NCBI GenBank assembly: GCA_965216755.1
Contig: CBDCGL010000011.1
Coordinates: forward strand, 2,976,001-3,040,000
DNA length: 64,000 nucleotides
Source: Alphaproteobacteria bacterium
GTDB lineage: Bacteria; Pseudomonadota; Alphaproteobacteria; UBA7887
Reading direction: 5' to 3'
Part shown: positions 9,918 through 19,780 of the stretch, piece after piece
How the letters are laid out: every line of letters begins with the position of its first letter
Numbering within the stretch: position 1 is the stretch's first letter
Notes under the pieces: model-generated
Database searches by the model: none
The model's input: only the letters and a program-made list of their open reading frames with translations
Told to the model about the DNA's origin: nothing
Program-made: the position numbers and the translations under genes

Positions 9918-10382
9918 ATGAGAGTTGCGGCGCCGTTCGAACCTGGCATCTCGGTGGTCGATCTTGACCGCACTGTCGCGTTTTATCGTGATGTGCTGGG
10001 CTTGTCGGTCTACAACATTCTCGATGTGCCGCCTGAGAAAAGCGCGCCGCCGGGGCTCGCGGCTAACGGTTATCGAATCGCCCGCTTGGAGACCAGCGAT
10101 GGCCAGCGTCTCAAATTCGCCCAGCCGACCAATCCGCCCGCGTCCGCCAGCACGCGGGACCATGTGCTGGACCGTCAAGGCGGCCCGTGGATCACGTTCA
10201 TTGTCGAGGACCTCGCGGCTCTGGTTGCGCGTCTGAAGGCCGCCGGCGTGCCCTTATTGTCCGCGGAGACTTTCGAAGTTCGTTCGGGCGTCAACATTAT
10301 TTTCGGGCGCGATCCAGAGGGCAATTTTTTGGAATTCGTCGAATATGACGACATCACCAGCTATCGCCCCAAAAACGACTGA
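9918..10382 (+). CDS. VOC/glyoxalase family protein
   Basis: V.DLDRTVAFYRDVLGL ... RDPEGNFLEFVE. Confidence 0.88.
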   Translation: MRVAAPFEPGISVVDLDRTVAFYRDVLGLSVYNILDVPPEKSAPPGLAANGYRIARLETSDGQRLKFAQPTNPPASASTRDHVLDRQGGPWITFIVEDLAALVARLKAAGVPLLSAETFEVRSGVNIIFGRDPEGNFLEFVEYDDITSYRPKND

Positions 10383-10451
10383 AACACAAATACCGGCAAA
10401 CGTTTGCCCCTCTGTTGCCGACGCACACCCTTCGCGCGCCTGGCTGCTATA

Positions 10452-10550
10452 TTTCGGTGACAGTTTACTAAATACACAATATGGCGCACCTCCACCAGTT
10501 AGGCATGTAACATATAGTGTATTTAGTAAACTGTCACCGAAACACCGAAA
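10452..10550. repeat. REPIN-like inverted-repeat doublet, copy 1
   Basis: TTTCGGTGACAGTTTACTAAATACAC (10452-10477) and its exact reverse complement (10517-10542), 39-bp spacer, then an 8-bp stutter CACCGAAA; between convergent genes. Confidence 0.9.
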
Positions 10551-10566
10551 TATGCATTGCGATGCA

Positions 10567-13365
10567 CTAAGCGACGGCGGCAGCCGACCGAGGCCGTGGG
10601 TCTTCGGCTTCTGCTGCCATGGCACCAAGCATTGCCGACAGTGCATCGAAGCTGACCGGTGGGCTGAACAAATAGCCCTGACATTGATCCGCGCCAAAGG
10701 TGGCGATGCGCTCGAAATGCTGCTCAGTCTCGATGCCCTCGATCACGACGCGCAAGCCCAAATCGTGCGCCATATTGATGGTCGAGCGTACGATCACGGC
10801 ATCGCCCGTATCATCGAGCAAGTGCGCGACGAAGCTCTTGTCGATCTTTAGTTCATCAACCGGCAGGCGCTTCAGATAGGACAGGGATGAATAGCCGGTC
10901 CCGTAGTCGTCGATCGACAGGCCGACGCCCAAATTGCGCAGGTCGTTCAGCACGGCCAAAGCCGCGTCTGGATCGTGCATGACGGCGCTTTCCGTCACTT
11001 CCAATGTTAAGAAGCGCGGATCAACTTTGTGATGTTGAAGCAGGTGCTGCAATCGAACGACGATTTGCGGATCGAGGAGGGTTCTGGGCGACAGGTTGAT
11101 TGCGGCTTCCAGCGCCAAGCCCTGCCCGTGCCATTTGGCCAAGTCGCTCAACACGGTTTCCAAGGTCCACCGGGTCAGCGGCTCGATCAGGCCTGTCTGT
11201 TCAGCATGGATGATAAATTGTTCCGGCGCGACCGGGCCGTGGGTATCATGGGTCCAACGTGACAATGCCTCAACGCCTTTGATCCGGCGGCTCTGAACGT
11301 CGATCTTGGGCTGATACGCTATATCCAGCAGGCCGCTTTCGATGGCCCGGCGCAGTTCACCGGTCAGTGTCAGGAAGCGCATGCTGTTGTGATCCAAATC
11401 CGCATCGTAGCCGGCAATGGTCAACTGCTGACCCTTGGCGATGTACATGGCGACATCTGCGCACTGCAACAGTCTGGTCGCGCTGGTCGCATGTTCCGGG
11501 TACACGGCAACGCCGACACTGCCGCTGATGTCGAGATCCAGGCTGGCGACATTAAATGTCGGCACAAGGCTGTCGACAAGATCTTGCGCGATCTGCCAGG
11601 CGCGCGCCGAGTCGCAGGGTGGCGGCAAGGCCACGGCGAATTCGTCACCACCCAGGCGGCCAATAATGTGCCCCGCCTTAAGTACCGATTGCAGTCGCTC
11701 CGCGACCTGGCGCAACAGTGAATCGCCGATGTGATGGCCGAGCGTATCATTGATATCTTTGAACCGGTTCAGGTCAATCAACAACAACGCCATCGATTCA
11801 CTGCGGGCCTCGGCCGCCACGATCGCTTCGTTGATACGTGTCAGCAGCAGGCGTCGGTTTGGTAAGCCGGTCAGGTCGTCGTGGGTCGCTTGATGTGAAA
11901 GACGTTCTTCGTGCCGTTTCCGTTCGGTGATGTCACGAACGATTGCGGTGACCAACTGTTCGTCCTCTAAGGTGACGTGGCTGATCGAAACTTCGGCGGG
12001 AAAGGTCGTGCCATCGTGCCGACAGGCGATGGTTTCGCGCGATCCCAATTCGGGAGCCGTGCCCGATCCCTGATCGAACGTGCTTGCGAGCTCGGGCAAC
12101 AGACGCTGGATTCGCTGTGCTTCGATTCCCTTGGTATGGCAAGCGAACAGACGGGCTGCCGCCGCATTGGCCGTTTGCACCGTGCCGTCTTGCCGGCATG
12201 TTAGTATGCCGTCGAAACTGCTCTCGACGACATTGCGCATTAACATATCGGCCTGTTGCAATCGCACGCCTTGAGCCAGCAAGGTGAGCGTTTGATCGTC
12301 AATGCGACGCGTCAAGCTGATCACAAACAAGGCAATGGTCAGCACCAGCGTGGGGCTCTGATCGACGATCACCGCGCCGGCCGATTGCATGATCACGCTA
12401 CCCAAGCCTACCACCAGCGGCACGGCGACGGCGATGACCAGCGCCCGCTTCCACGGCCACCGGTCCATGCGATAGGGCAGCAACACCGTCAGCAAGGCCA
12501 GCAGTGCGAAGATCGAAATGGCATGAATGGGGCGCAACGCGCGGCCTGTCACCAGTGATTCGAAACCGAGTGCATGGACAAAAACGCCGCTCAGCGCCCG
12601 ATGAACGGGCACGGCAATCACGTCCTGCAACTCGATCGCCGTCGCGCCAACCAATACCACTTTGTCTTCAAAGGCATCCGGCGCAAAATTGCCATGCAAA
12701 ACATCTATGAACGACACGATTGGGATTGCGTCGACATCGATGCCGTAGTCCAAATAAAACGAAGGCCGTTGATCGACATTGGCCAGTTCCGCCGCCATCG
12801 ACGGCATGGCGCCCAGCGGCGAGCTTTCCCACACGCGCATGGTCCGGACCAGACCGTCGCCCGCCGGCTGCACGTTGATCGACGCCAACCGGGTATGCTG
12901 GCGAAAGCGCTGCAGCGGGCGAACGAAAGTCATAGCTGGTCCGTCGGCGCTATCGACGACATGCTTGAACACCGGCAAGATTACACGGCCGGGATTGGCC
13001 GCGAGTGCGCGTTCGAATGCGGCGTCATCTGTGGCCCCGGACGACGCACTGAAATCAACGTCAAAGCCGATATCGCGCGCGCCTGCGCCGAGCAAGGCCT
13101 CGACAAGCTGGGCGTGATAGCGGCGCGGCCACGGCCATACATCAAGGGAGTCTAGGCTTTTGCGGTCAATGGCAACAACAACCAGATCGCCCGACGGGGC
13201 GTGTTGCGATAGCCGAAAGCGCAGATCTTCAAACGGCCGGTCAATAAAAGCAAGCGAACCGACCAAATACAACACGCCGGTTGCGCACAAGACCAGGCCG
13301 GCGGACAGCCAACGCCGTGTCCGCGACAGGGGTCCTACCGGCCGATTTATCAGTCCGCCCACCAC
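10567..13365 (-). CDS. CHASE2-PAS-GGDEF-EAL diguanylate cyclase/phosphodiesterase
   Basis: CHASE2 (VVVAID, WPWPR, GFDVDF, KVVLVGATA), 3 TM, PAS, DLNRFKDIND/RLGGDEF, EAL, DDYGTGYSS, EGIE. Confidence 0.95.
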   Translation of the reverse strand: MVGGLINRPVGPLSRTRRWLSAGLVLCATGVLYLVGSLAFIDRPFEDLRFRLSQHAPSGDLVVVAIDRKSLDSLDVWPWPRRYHAQLVEALLGAGARDIGFDVDFSASSGATDDAAFERALAANPGRVILPVFKHVVDSADGPAMTFVRPLQRFRQHTRLASINVQPAGDGLVRTMRVWESSPLGAMPSMAAELANVDQRPSFYLDYGIDVDAIPIVSFIDVLHGNFAPDAFEDKVVLVGATAIELQDVIAVPVHRALSGVFVHALGFESLVTGRALRPIHAISIFALLALLTVLLPYRMDRWPWKRALVIAVAVPLVVGLGSVIMQSAGAVIVDQSPTLVLTIALFVISLTRRIDDQTLTLLAQGVRLQQADMLMRNVVESSFDGILTCRQDGTVQTANAAAARLFACHTKGIEAQRIQRLLPELASTFDQGSGTAPELGSRETIACRHDGTTFPAEVSISHVTLEDEQLVTAIVRDITERKRHEERLSHQATHDDLTGLPNRRLLLTRINEAIVAAEARSESMALLLIDLNRFKDINDTLGHHIGDSLLRQVAERLQSVLKAGHIIGRLGGDEFAVALPPPCDSARAWQIAQDLVDSLVPTFNVASLDLDISGSVGVAVYPEHATSATRLLQCADVAMYIAKGQQLTIAGYDADLDHNSMRFLTLTGELRRAIESGLLDIAYQPKIDVQSRRIKGVEALSRWTHDTHGPVAPEQFIIHAEQTGLIEPLTRWTLETVLSDLAKWHGQGLALEAAINLSPRTLLDPQIVVRLQHLLQHHKVDPRFLTLEVTESAVMHDPDAALAVLNDLRNLGVGLSIDDYGTGYSSLSYLKRLPVDELKIDKSFVAHLLDDTGDAVIVRSTINMAHDLGLRVVIEGIETEQHFERIATFGADQCQGYLFSPPVSFDALSAMLGAMAAEAEDPRPRSAAAVA

Positions 13366-13462
13366 GATCGCAACCTTCCTCGGCGCGGCCTATGCCCGTT
13401 GGCGAAAGACCAAAGCGCGCGGCCCGATTGGACTGGGCCACGTGCCCGCGACCCGAATGATC

Positions 13463-14434
13463 TCAGGTACCGTCACCACTATTGCCGCCATTGCCATTGC
13501 CGTTTCCTTGACCCCGGCCTTTGCCGTTGCCGCCGGCATTCGAATGCGGTGGCGGGCCGCCCGCATGGGCGGGTTTGGCGCCGTGGGCCATGCCGATACC
13601 GGCACCAGGACCGCTGTCCGCACCGCTGTTGACGCCCAGTGCATTCTGGACCGCGGCGGCGAGACCGCCGGGTGTCGAAACGGCGCTCTCGCGATCAATC
13701 GAGCCCATCACTGGTGCACCGTTGCTGGCGAGGCCGCCTGTTGCGGCCGCAACGTCGAGGTCCGTTTGGCCCATGGTTTTGCCCAGCCCGCGGGAATCGG
13801 CGTTGGGCCCGGGACCGCCATCATCGGACTGGTCCGACCATGCACCCGGCGATCCGGCACGGTTACCGGAAACGCCGACACCGCGTCCGGCGTCGGAGAC
13901 CGTCGCCGTTTGGCCCGGACGGACCATCTGAACATCTCCGGTCAAGGGTGCGCTGACTTCGACCGCGCCATGCATCACGTGCACGGCGGCACCGACGCTG
14001 TCGACGCTGACCGAGAAGCTGGTACCTTTGACCACGGCGGCCAGATATGGCGTTTGCACTTCGAAATGCTGTTGGGTGCGGCGTTGGATATCGAGAAGCA
14101 GTGTGCCGAGTCTTTGAAAGATGGTGGTCCGCTGTGACGTGCTATCCCCGGCAATTTCAATACGCGTGCCGGGCGCCAGCTCCATTCGAGACTCACCACG
14201 GACCAGCACGGCGCGGCTATGGGCGCCAGCGGTCACGGTGGCGCCCGTTGCGACCGTGTCACCCACTGTGAGCGCGACCTCTGCGCCGCCGAGGCTTGAA
14301 ACCACGTGCCCATTGGTCTCGTCGACCGTCCAGTCGGAGTCACCGGCCTGTGCCGGCTTGGCGCACACGGTGATCACGGCCAGCACCAACAGTGCCGGAA
14401 TTGCGGCCCATTTTGTGGCGAGCATCGTTCTCAT
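13463..14434 (-). CDS. Secreted FecR-domain protein with a Gly/Asn-rich low-complexity C-terminal tail
   Basis: Signal peptide; FecR-type FEVQTPYLAAVVKGTSFSV, V.HGAVEV, V.PGQ; GAGGAG before ATG 14434. Confidence 0.88.
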   Translation of the reverse strand: MRTMLATKWAAIPALLVLAVITVCAKPAQAGDSDWTVDETNGHVVSSLGGAEVALTVGDTVATGATVTAGAHSRAVLVRGESRMELAPGTRIEIAGDSTSQRTTIFQRLGTLLLDIQRRTQQHFEVQTPYLAAVVKGTSFSVSVDSVGAAVHVMHGAVEVSAPLTGDVQMVRPGQTATVSDAGRGVGVSGNRAGSPGAWSDQSDDGGPGPNADSRGLGKTMGQTDLDVAAATGGLASNGAPVMGSIDRESAVSTPGGLAAAVQNALGVNSGADSGPGAGIGMAHGAKPAHAGGPPPHSNAGGNGKGRGQGNGNGNGGNSGDGT

Positions 14435-14646
14435 ATTGTCTCCTCGGCGCTGTCCGCGCGCATGGTCCCTCCCCGGTCCCAAGCTCGTGGTTAACAGAGA
14501 ATTAGGATGATTTGGCGGTAAACAAGGCGCGTTGGTCCACATGGACCCTTCCAATTCGTGACCACCGTCACCCCGGGGGCGATTGGCTTGTCGATCAGCG
14601 GCACGGCCCGCGGATCTCCTTCAGAATTGAACAAATCGAAAGGAAA

Positions 14647-14662
14647 TGTGACCAAGATCACG
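14647..14662. promoter_or_regulatory. CRP-family binding-site-like palindrome in the fecR/shlB divergent promoter
   Basis: TGTGA-CCAAGA-TCACG, 9/10 match to TGTGA-N6-TCACA. Confidence 0.45.
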
Positions 14663-14770
14663 GCGTTCTTCGCAACAGGGTCCGCGTTTGCAGATGCCGA
14701 CAAATTGCAGAAAATACGCGTCGCATTTTTTGCATATACGACATGCAGGCCGCGTACGGTTGTGTGTCTA

Positions 14771-16540
14771 ATGAACGCCGTGCGTGTCAAAGCCATGCGG
14801 CGTCGCGATGCGGCTTGTCGGCCCATTGTTGGCTGTTGTATTGCCATGGTCGCGGCGATTGGCGCATTGTTGGCGACAGACATTGGCGCGGTGTTTGCGC
14901 AAGCGTCGCCGTCCAATTCGGCCGATCCGGGCGAGATTCGGCGCCGCATCGAACAGCAGCAACTGCCCCAGCCACGGCGCAGCGCCGATCCGGGGCGTCG
15001 CATCGACCTGTATGGTCGGCCGCCGGTCGATATCGCGCCGCGCTGGATGACGCCCGACATCGAACCCCTGTCATTTGTGCTTGCCGCCGTCGTGATCGAC
15101 GGTGCCACGGTATTTTCGCCGGAAGACTTCCGGCCACTTTACGGGCCGCATATGGCCAAACAGATCCGCGATCGTGAGGTCGAAGAGATCCTGGCCGCGA
15201 TCACGGCGCTCTATCGTGACAATGGCTATTTCCTGTCCCGCGCGGTCGCGGCACCGCAGCCGCTCGACCACGGCGTCTTGCGGATTTCGGTGATCGAGGG
15301 CTATGTCAGCCATGTCAGTTTCGACGGGACCGTGCCAGACATGAGCCGGCTCCACCGCATCGCGGCAAAAATGGTCGGCGAGCGGCCGAGCCGACGCGCG
15401 ACATTCGAACGGGCCCTCTATCTGATCAACGATTTGCACGGGCTCTCCGCCGAAGCGGGCTTCACCCCGCATGACGACGACCCGCAGCAGTTCGCAGCGA
15501 CATTTGCCATCGAGCACGATGTTGTCGACGCGGCAGCAGCGATCGACAATCGGGGCACCCGGGCCGTTGGGCGCGACCAGGCCTGGTTGATCGGCGGCCT
15601 CAATGGCGCGTTCGGCCACAGCGAACGTCTGCAATTGCGGTTCTCATCCGTGCCGAGCGCGCCGCGCGAGCTGCTCTTTCTGGAGCTTCTCTATGATCAG
15701 CCCATCGGTGCCGCGGGGACCAGTTTGAGTGCGACCGCGTCGGCCAGCCAGGTCGACGCCGGCGCGGACCTCGCGTTGCTCGAAACCGAAAGCGAATCTC
15801 AATTTATCAGTGTCGGCCTGTCACATCCGTTGATCCGTTCGCGCCGAGAGACACTTTGGCTATCGGGGGCGCTGGAATATCTCGATCTGCGCGAGGAGCG
15901 CCTGGGTCTCCTGAATTTCGAAGATCGTGTTCGATCGGCCCGGTTGGCGCTGCGCTATGTGCGTGACGATGATTTTGACGGTACCACCAGCACAAATTTA
16001 AGCATCGGCCAGGGCCTCGACGTGTTCGGCGCTTCCAAACCCCGCGCCGCCGAATTGTCGCGCCCCGATGGCCGCAGCGATTACACGACGTTCGTCGGCG
16101 AAATCCGTCGTGACCAACATATTTTTGACCAGCTTTATCTTCACCTTGCGGCAACCGGACAACGGTCGACGACGCCGTTGCTGACTTCGGAGGAGTTCGC
16201 CGTCGGTGGCGCCGTCTATGGCCGTGGCTACGATGTCTCCGAGATCGTCGGTGAGCATGGCGCTGCCGCGATGACCGAGCTGCGCTACGGCTGGGAGGTC
16301 AATAGCCGTTGGCTGCAAGCCCTGGAACTGTTTGGGTTCTACGATATTGGCGCGGTCTGGAACGATGGCGATGGCGGTACCACGCGAACGTCCCTGGCCT
16401 CGGCCGGTGGCGGTGTGCGGGTATTGTTTGATCCGTGGGTTTATTTGTCGATTGAACTGGCACAGCCACTGACCCTGACCCCAGGCAACGAGGGCGACAA
16501 GGACCCACGCGTCTTTTTCTCCGTGTCCAGTCGCTTCTAA
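14771..16540 (+). CDS. ShlB/FhaC/HecB (TpsB, Omp85 superfamily) outer-membrane protein
   Basis: POTRA motif YRDNGYFLSRA...GVLRISVIEG, DNRG, loop-6 GRGYD, FYDIG, C-terminal Phe; start uncertain. Confidence 0.9.
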   Translation: MNAVRVKAMRRRDAACRPIVGCCIAMVAAIGALLATDIGAVFAQASPSNSADPGEIRRRIEQQQLPQPRRSADPGRRIDLYGRPPVDIAPRWMTPDIEPLSFVLAAVVIDGATVFSPEDFRPLYGPHMAKQIRDREVEEILAAITALYRDNGYFLSRAVAAPQPLDHGVLRISVIEGYVSHVSFDGTVPDMSRLHRIAAKMVGERPSRRATFERALYLINDLHGLSAEAGFTPHDDDPQQFAATFAIEHDVVDAAAAIDNRGTRAVGRDQAWLIGGLNGAFGHSERLQLRFSSVPSAPRELLFLELLYDQPIGAAGTSLSATASASQVDAGADLALLETESESQFISVGLSHPLIRSRRETLWLSGALEYLDLREERLGLLNFEDRVRSARLALRYVRDDDFDGTTSTNLSIGQGLDVFGASKPRAAELSRPDGRSDYTTFVGEIRRDQHIFDQLYLHLAATGQRSTTPLLTSEEFAVGGAVYGRGYDVSEIVGEHGAAAMTELRYGWEVNSRWLQALELFGFYDIGAVWNDGDGGTTRTSLASAGGGVRVLFDPWVYLSIELAQPLTLTPGNEGDKDPRVFFSVSSRF

Positions 16541-16808
16541 CGCGCGCGCTGGACGTAAGATATATCCCCCGAATCAATGACTTGTGCGGATAGACCCAAA
16601 GCCGGCGCCGCGCCTGTGGCTGGCCTGCAACGGCCGTCTCGCAAGGCGCTGGCGCGCGCCACAAAATCGCATGGCGATTTCACCACAATGTCGTGCAGGG
16701 CATTTTAGCCTAGAACTTGCGCATGAACGCAAGACCCGCCGCTTCGGGAACCCCAGGTGAGCACCAGTCTCGGGGAGCGGTCGATAGAACAATATGGAAA
16801 GCCTAGTC

Positions 16809-16943
16809 ATGCTACGAACAATCGTATTTTTGGGTGTCCCTCTCATTGCCCTCTGCGTCACGCTTGCCGGCTCGCCCGAATTGGGTGTGGTGACGGCCGT
16901 CACCGGCGGCGGCTGGCTGTGGGCGACGCGCGGAACCGTTTAA
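16809..16943 (+). CDS. Putative 44-aa small membrane protein (below the ORF-track cut-off)
   Basis: MLRTIVFLGVPLIALCVTLAGSPELGVVTAVTGGGWLWATRGTV; GGAAAG upstream; sits in an otherwise empty gap. Confidence 0.4.
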   Translation: MLRTIVFLGVPLIALCVTLAGSPELGVVTAVTGGGWLWATRGTV

Positions 16944-17031
16944 CCGGCGGGTTCGGAACGCGTGTACAAATACGTCGCTGTGGCTATTCGCGGCATTTCA
17001 GTCGCGGATAGCCATGGCCTCCCACGGGCGG

Positions 17032-18015
17032 CTACGCGATGCTGTCGGCCCTGATCAGGCCGCGATCAAGCAACATTTGAAACCTGTGAAATGTTTGGCG
17101 AATGCCCTCATCCATGGACACGGCGCCATAGTCTCCGATCGCCGCGCGAAGTGGCGCATCGGAAAGATCCATGGGAAATGGCAAGGCCGCGCCGTCGCAA
17201 CCGAGATCCACGTCGGGGGCCAACGACCGCAAAATATCTAGCCCATCTTCGACGGTCGATGCGCTGCCGTTGATATCGAAAACGGCAGCGAAATCAAGGG
17301 GTTGAGATATCGCCTTGATGAATGCCGCCGCCGCTTCGCCAGCGTGAATATAGGAAACCGGACCTGTAAAGGGCACGGTGTAGGCAGTGCCTGCTGCCGC
17401 CGCCAGGATCGCGACGGTGGTTTTGGATGTCAGCCCCTGGTCGCGTGCCACGCCATAGACCACACCGGGCCGAAATCCGACGCTCGGCACGCCCCAGTCG
17501 GCAAAATAGACCCGAGCAATCATTTCATCACAAAGTTTGTATGCACCGTACAGGGTCGCCTGATAGGGGCTGTCCTCGGCCATACCGTGGGCGGCGATCG
17601 AACTGGCATAGGCGACTCGCGTGATTTCGTGCTGCCGGGCGGCTTCCAGGATGTTTGCTGTCCCGACCACATTGGCGCGCGCGCCGGCGATCGGGTCGGC
17701 TTTGCAAAATGGCACTTGCAACGCGGCCAAATGAATAATCGCCCGAATTTCATGTGTGGCGACCGCGGACATGACCGCATCGCTATCGCCGATGTCGCCT
17801 GTTTGCCACGGTATTTCGGCGAGCGTGCGCTCATCCAGCAGCAATTTGGGCCGGCGTTTGTTGTCGGACAGATCGAACGCCACGGTGGGGACCCTGGCGC
17901 GGGCCAGCAGCGCCAGCGCCCAGCTGCCGATACAACCGCCGGCGCCTGTCACCAGCACCGGCCCGTCAAGATCTTTAACTGAGACCGGAAAATGTTTGAT
18001 CAAACTGTCGCTCAT
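17032..18015 (-). CDS. NAD-dependent epimerase/dehydratase (extended SDR)
   Basis: VLVTGAGGCIG, IIHLAA, YGAYK. Confidence 0.92.
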   Translation of the reverse strand: MSDSLIKHFPVSVKDLDGPVLVTGAGGCIGSWALALLARARVPTVAFDLSDNKRRPKLLLDERTLAEIPWQTGDIGDSDAVMSAVATHEIRAIIHLAALQVPFCKADPIAGARANVVGTANILEAARQHEITRVAYASSIAAHGMAEDSPYQATLYGAYKLCDEMIARVYFADWGVPSVGFRPGVVYGVARDQGLTSKTTVAILAAAAGTAYTVPFTGPVSYIHAGEAAAAFIKAISQPLDFAAVFDINGSASTVEDGLDILRSLAPDVDLGCDGAALPFPMDLSDAPLRAAIGDYGAVSMDEGIRQTFHRFQMLLDRGLIRADSIA

Positions 18016-18155
18016 GGTGATGTCCCTCTCGCTTGGCGTTGCCCCCGGTCGGGTTGCATTCGCGCCCCATTTAGGGCATCACCGGCCGCGGAACACGCGC
18101 CGTGACGCCTGTTGTCTGTCGGCGTGACTTGCCCTGATACACATGGGAGTGGCCT

Positions 18156-18500
18156 ATGTCGACGCGCCCGCCGCCGGAAATCAAAGGCTATCACGCCCAC
18201 GTCTACTACGATCCGACCAATCGTGCGCCGGCCGCCGACCTGCGCGCCGCCGTCGAGGGCCGGTTCACGGTCGAAATGGGCCGCTGGCACGACAAGCCGA
18301 TCGGTCCGCATCCGCGCGCCAGCTACCAAATCGCCTTTGCCCCCGATCAGTTCGCGACTTTGGTGCCGTGGTTGGCCGTCAACCGCGCGGGCTTGACCGT
18401 ATTGGTGCATCCACGTACTGGCGATGATCTCGCCGACCACAGCGCCTTTGTCATGTGGCTGGGCGACTCGGAGTCACTCGACCTCGACAAGCTCGCTTAG
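18156..18500 (+). CDS. DOPA 4,5-dioxygenase family protein
   Basis: YHAHVYY, GPHP, WL..NR.GL.VLVHP.TG, DH...WLG. Confidence 0.9.
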   Translation: MSTRPPPEIKGYHAHVYYDPTNRAPAADLRAAVEGRFTVEMGRWHDKPIGPHPRASYQIAFAPDQFATLVPWLAVNRAGLTVLVHPRTGDDLADHSAFVMWLGDSESLDLDKLA

Positions 18501-19730
18501 CGCCTTTGCCGCCGGGCATGGCGCGGTCGCCGTCAAGGCACCGGCCAGATCCCGTTCGAGATCGGAAATGTGCTCCAATCCGACCGACAGGCGCAGCAAG
18601 TTGTCGCCGATCCCGAGCCGCCCACGTTCGGCAGCCGGCAACGAGGCGTGGGTGGTGGTCGCGGGATGGGTTATCAGGGTCTTGGCGTCACCCAGGTTGC
18701 TGGCCACATCAATCAGCCGCAAGCTCGACAGGAAACCGGCCACCGCGGCCGCGCCACTTTTGAGCGTGAAACTCATGACGGTGCCGCCGTGCCGCATCTG
18801 GGCCCGCGCCAAAGACGCTTGCGGATGATCGGCCGTCCCCGGGTAGTACACTGTCTCGATGGCAGGCTGGACGCGCAGCCAACCGGCCAAACTTGCCGCG
18901 GTCGCACTTTGCCGATCCACGCGCACCGCCAAAGTCTCCAGCCCCTTAAGTAGAACCCAGGCATTGAACGGGCTTAAAGCCGGCCCGGTGTGCATCAGGA
19001 ACGTGCCGAGCGGTCCACTGCAAAACGCATTCGACCCGAGCACCGCGCCGCCCAGGCAACGACCCTGACCATCAATATGTTTGGTTGCCGAGTACACGAC
19101 GATATCGGCACCCAATTGCAAAGGTCGCTGGCCGCCTGGCGTCGCCATGACATTATCGACGATCACCACGGCGCCGGCCTGGTGCGCCAGCTTCGCGACC
19201 GCCTGAATATCGACCAGTACCAAGGTTGGATTACTGGGTGTTTCGAAAAACACGCAGCGCGTCCGTGGCTGTAGCGCGGCGCGCCACTGGGCAAGCGCGT
19301 GACCGTCGACGAATGTGGTTTGGATGCCGTAGCGGGGCAGCAGCTCGGCCAACACATAGTGGCACGATCCGAACAGGCTGCGTGCCGCGACCACGTGATC
19401 GCCATAGCGCAGCTGACTCATCAAGGCGGCAAACACCGCGGCCATGCCCGTGGCGGTCGCACGGCACGCCTCGGCGCCCTCGATCGCCGCAAGTCGTTGT
19501 TCAAACATGGTCACGGTCGGATTGCCACAGCGCGAATAGACATAGCCCGGCGTGGCGTCGTTGGGGCCCGGATCGTTGTTCGACGGCCGGTTGACGAACG
19601 CGGCGCTCAGCGCCAACGCCTCGCTCACTTCGCCGAAATCGGACCGTATGGCGCCGGCGCGCACCAGTTGGGTTTCAGGGTGCCAACTCTCAGGCGCTCG
19701 GCGATTGGTTTGATTTCGCGGCTGTGTCAT
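18474..19730 (-). CDS. metZ: O-succinylhomoserine sulfhydrylase (trans-sulfuration PLP enzyme)
   Basis: YSR.GNPT, ATGMAAV, LFGSC, ETPSNP, YSATKHIDGQGR, NLGDAKT, RLSVGLE; SAM riboswitch upstream. Confidence 0.88.
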   Translation of the reverse strand: MTQPRNQTNRRAPESWHPETQLVRAGAIRSDFGEVSEALALSAAFVNRPSNNDPGPNDATPGYVYSRCGNPTVTMFEQRLAAIEGAEACRATATGMAAVFAALMSQLRYGDHVVAARSLFGSCHYVLAELLPRYGIQTTFVDGHALAQWRAALQPRTRCVFFETPSNPTLVLVDIQAVAKLAHQAGAVVIVDNVMATPGGQRPLQLGADIVVYSATKHIDGQGRCLGGAVLGSNAFCSGPLGTFLMHTGPALSPFNAWVLLKGLETLAVRVDRQSATAASLAGWLRVQPAIETVYYPGTADHPQASLARAQMRHGGTVMSFTLKSGAAAVAGFLSSLRLIDVASNLGDAKTLITHPATTTHASLPAAERGRLGIGDNLLRLSVGLEHISDLERDLAGALTATAPCPAAKALSELVEVE

Positions 19731-19780
19731 GTGACAGCTCCCCGTTGGACAACACGGGCCCACGGGCGCTCTCCCGTGGC

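Noticed and set aside
10452-10542. Interpreting the repeat-spacer-repeat units as a mini-CRISPR or dif/Xer sites
   Set aside because: Arms are inverted, not direct; single spacer; no cas genes; only a loose resemblance to the XerD arm
16555-16585. AT-rich AATCAATGACTT motif resembling integrase attachment-site arms
   Set aside because: Single short match; no integrase, tRNA or partner site in the window
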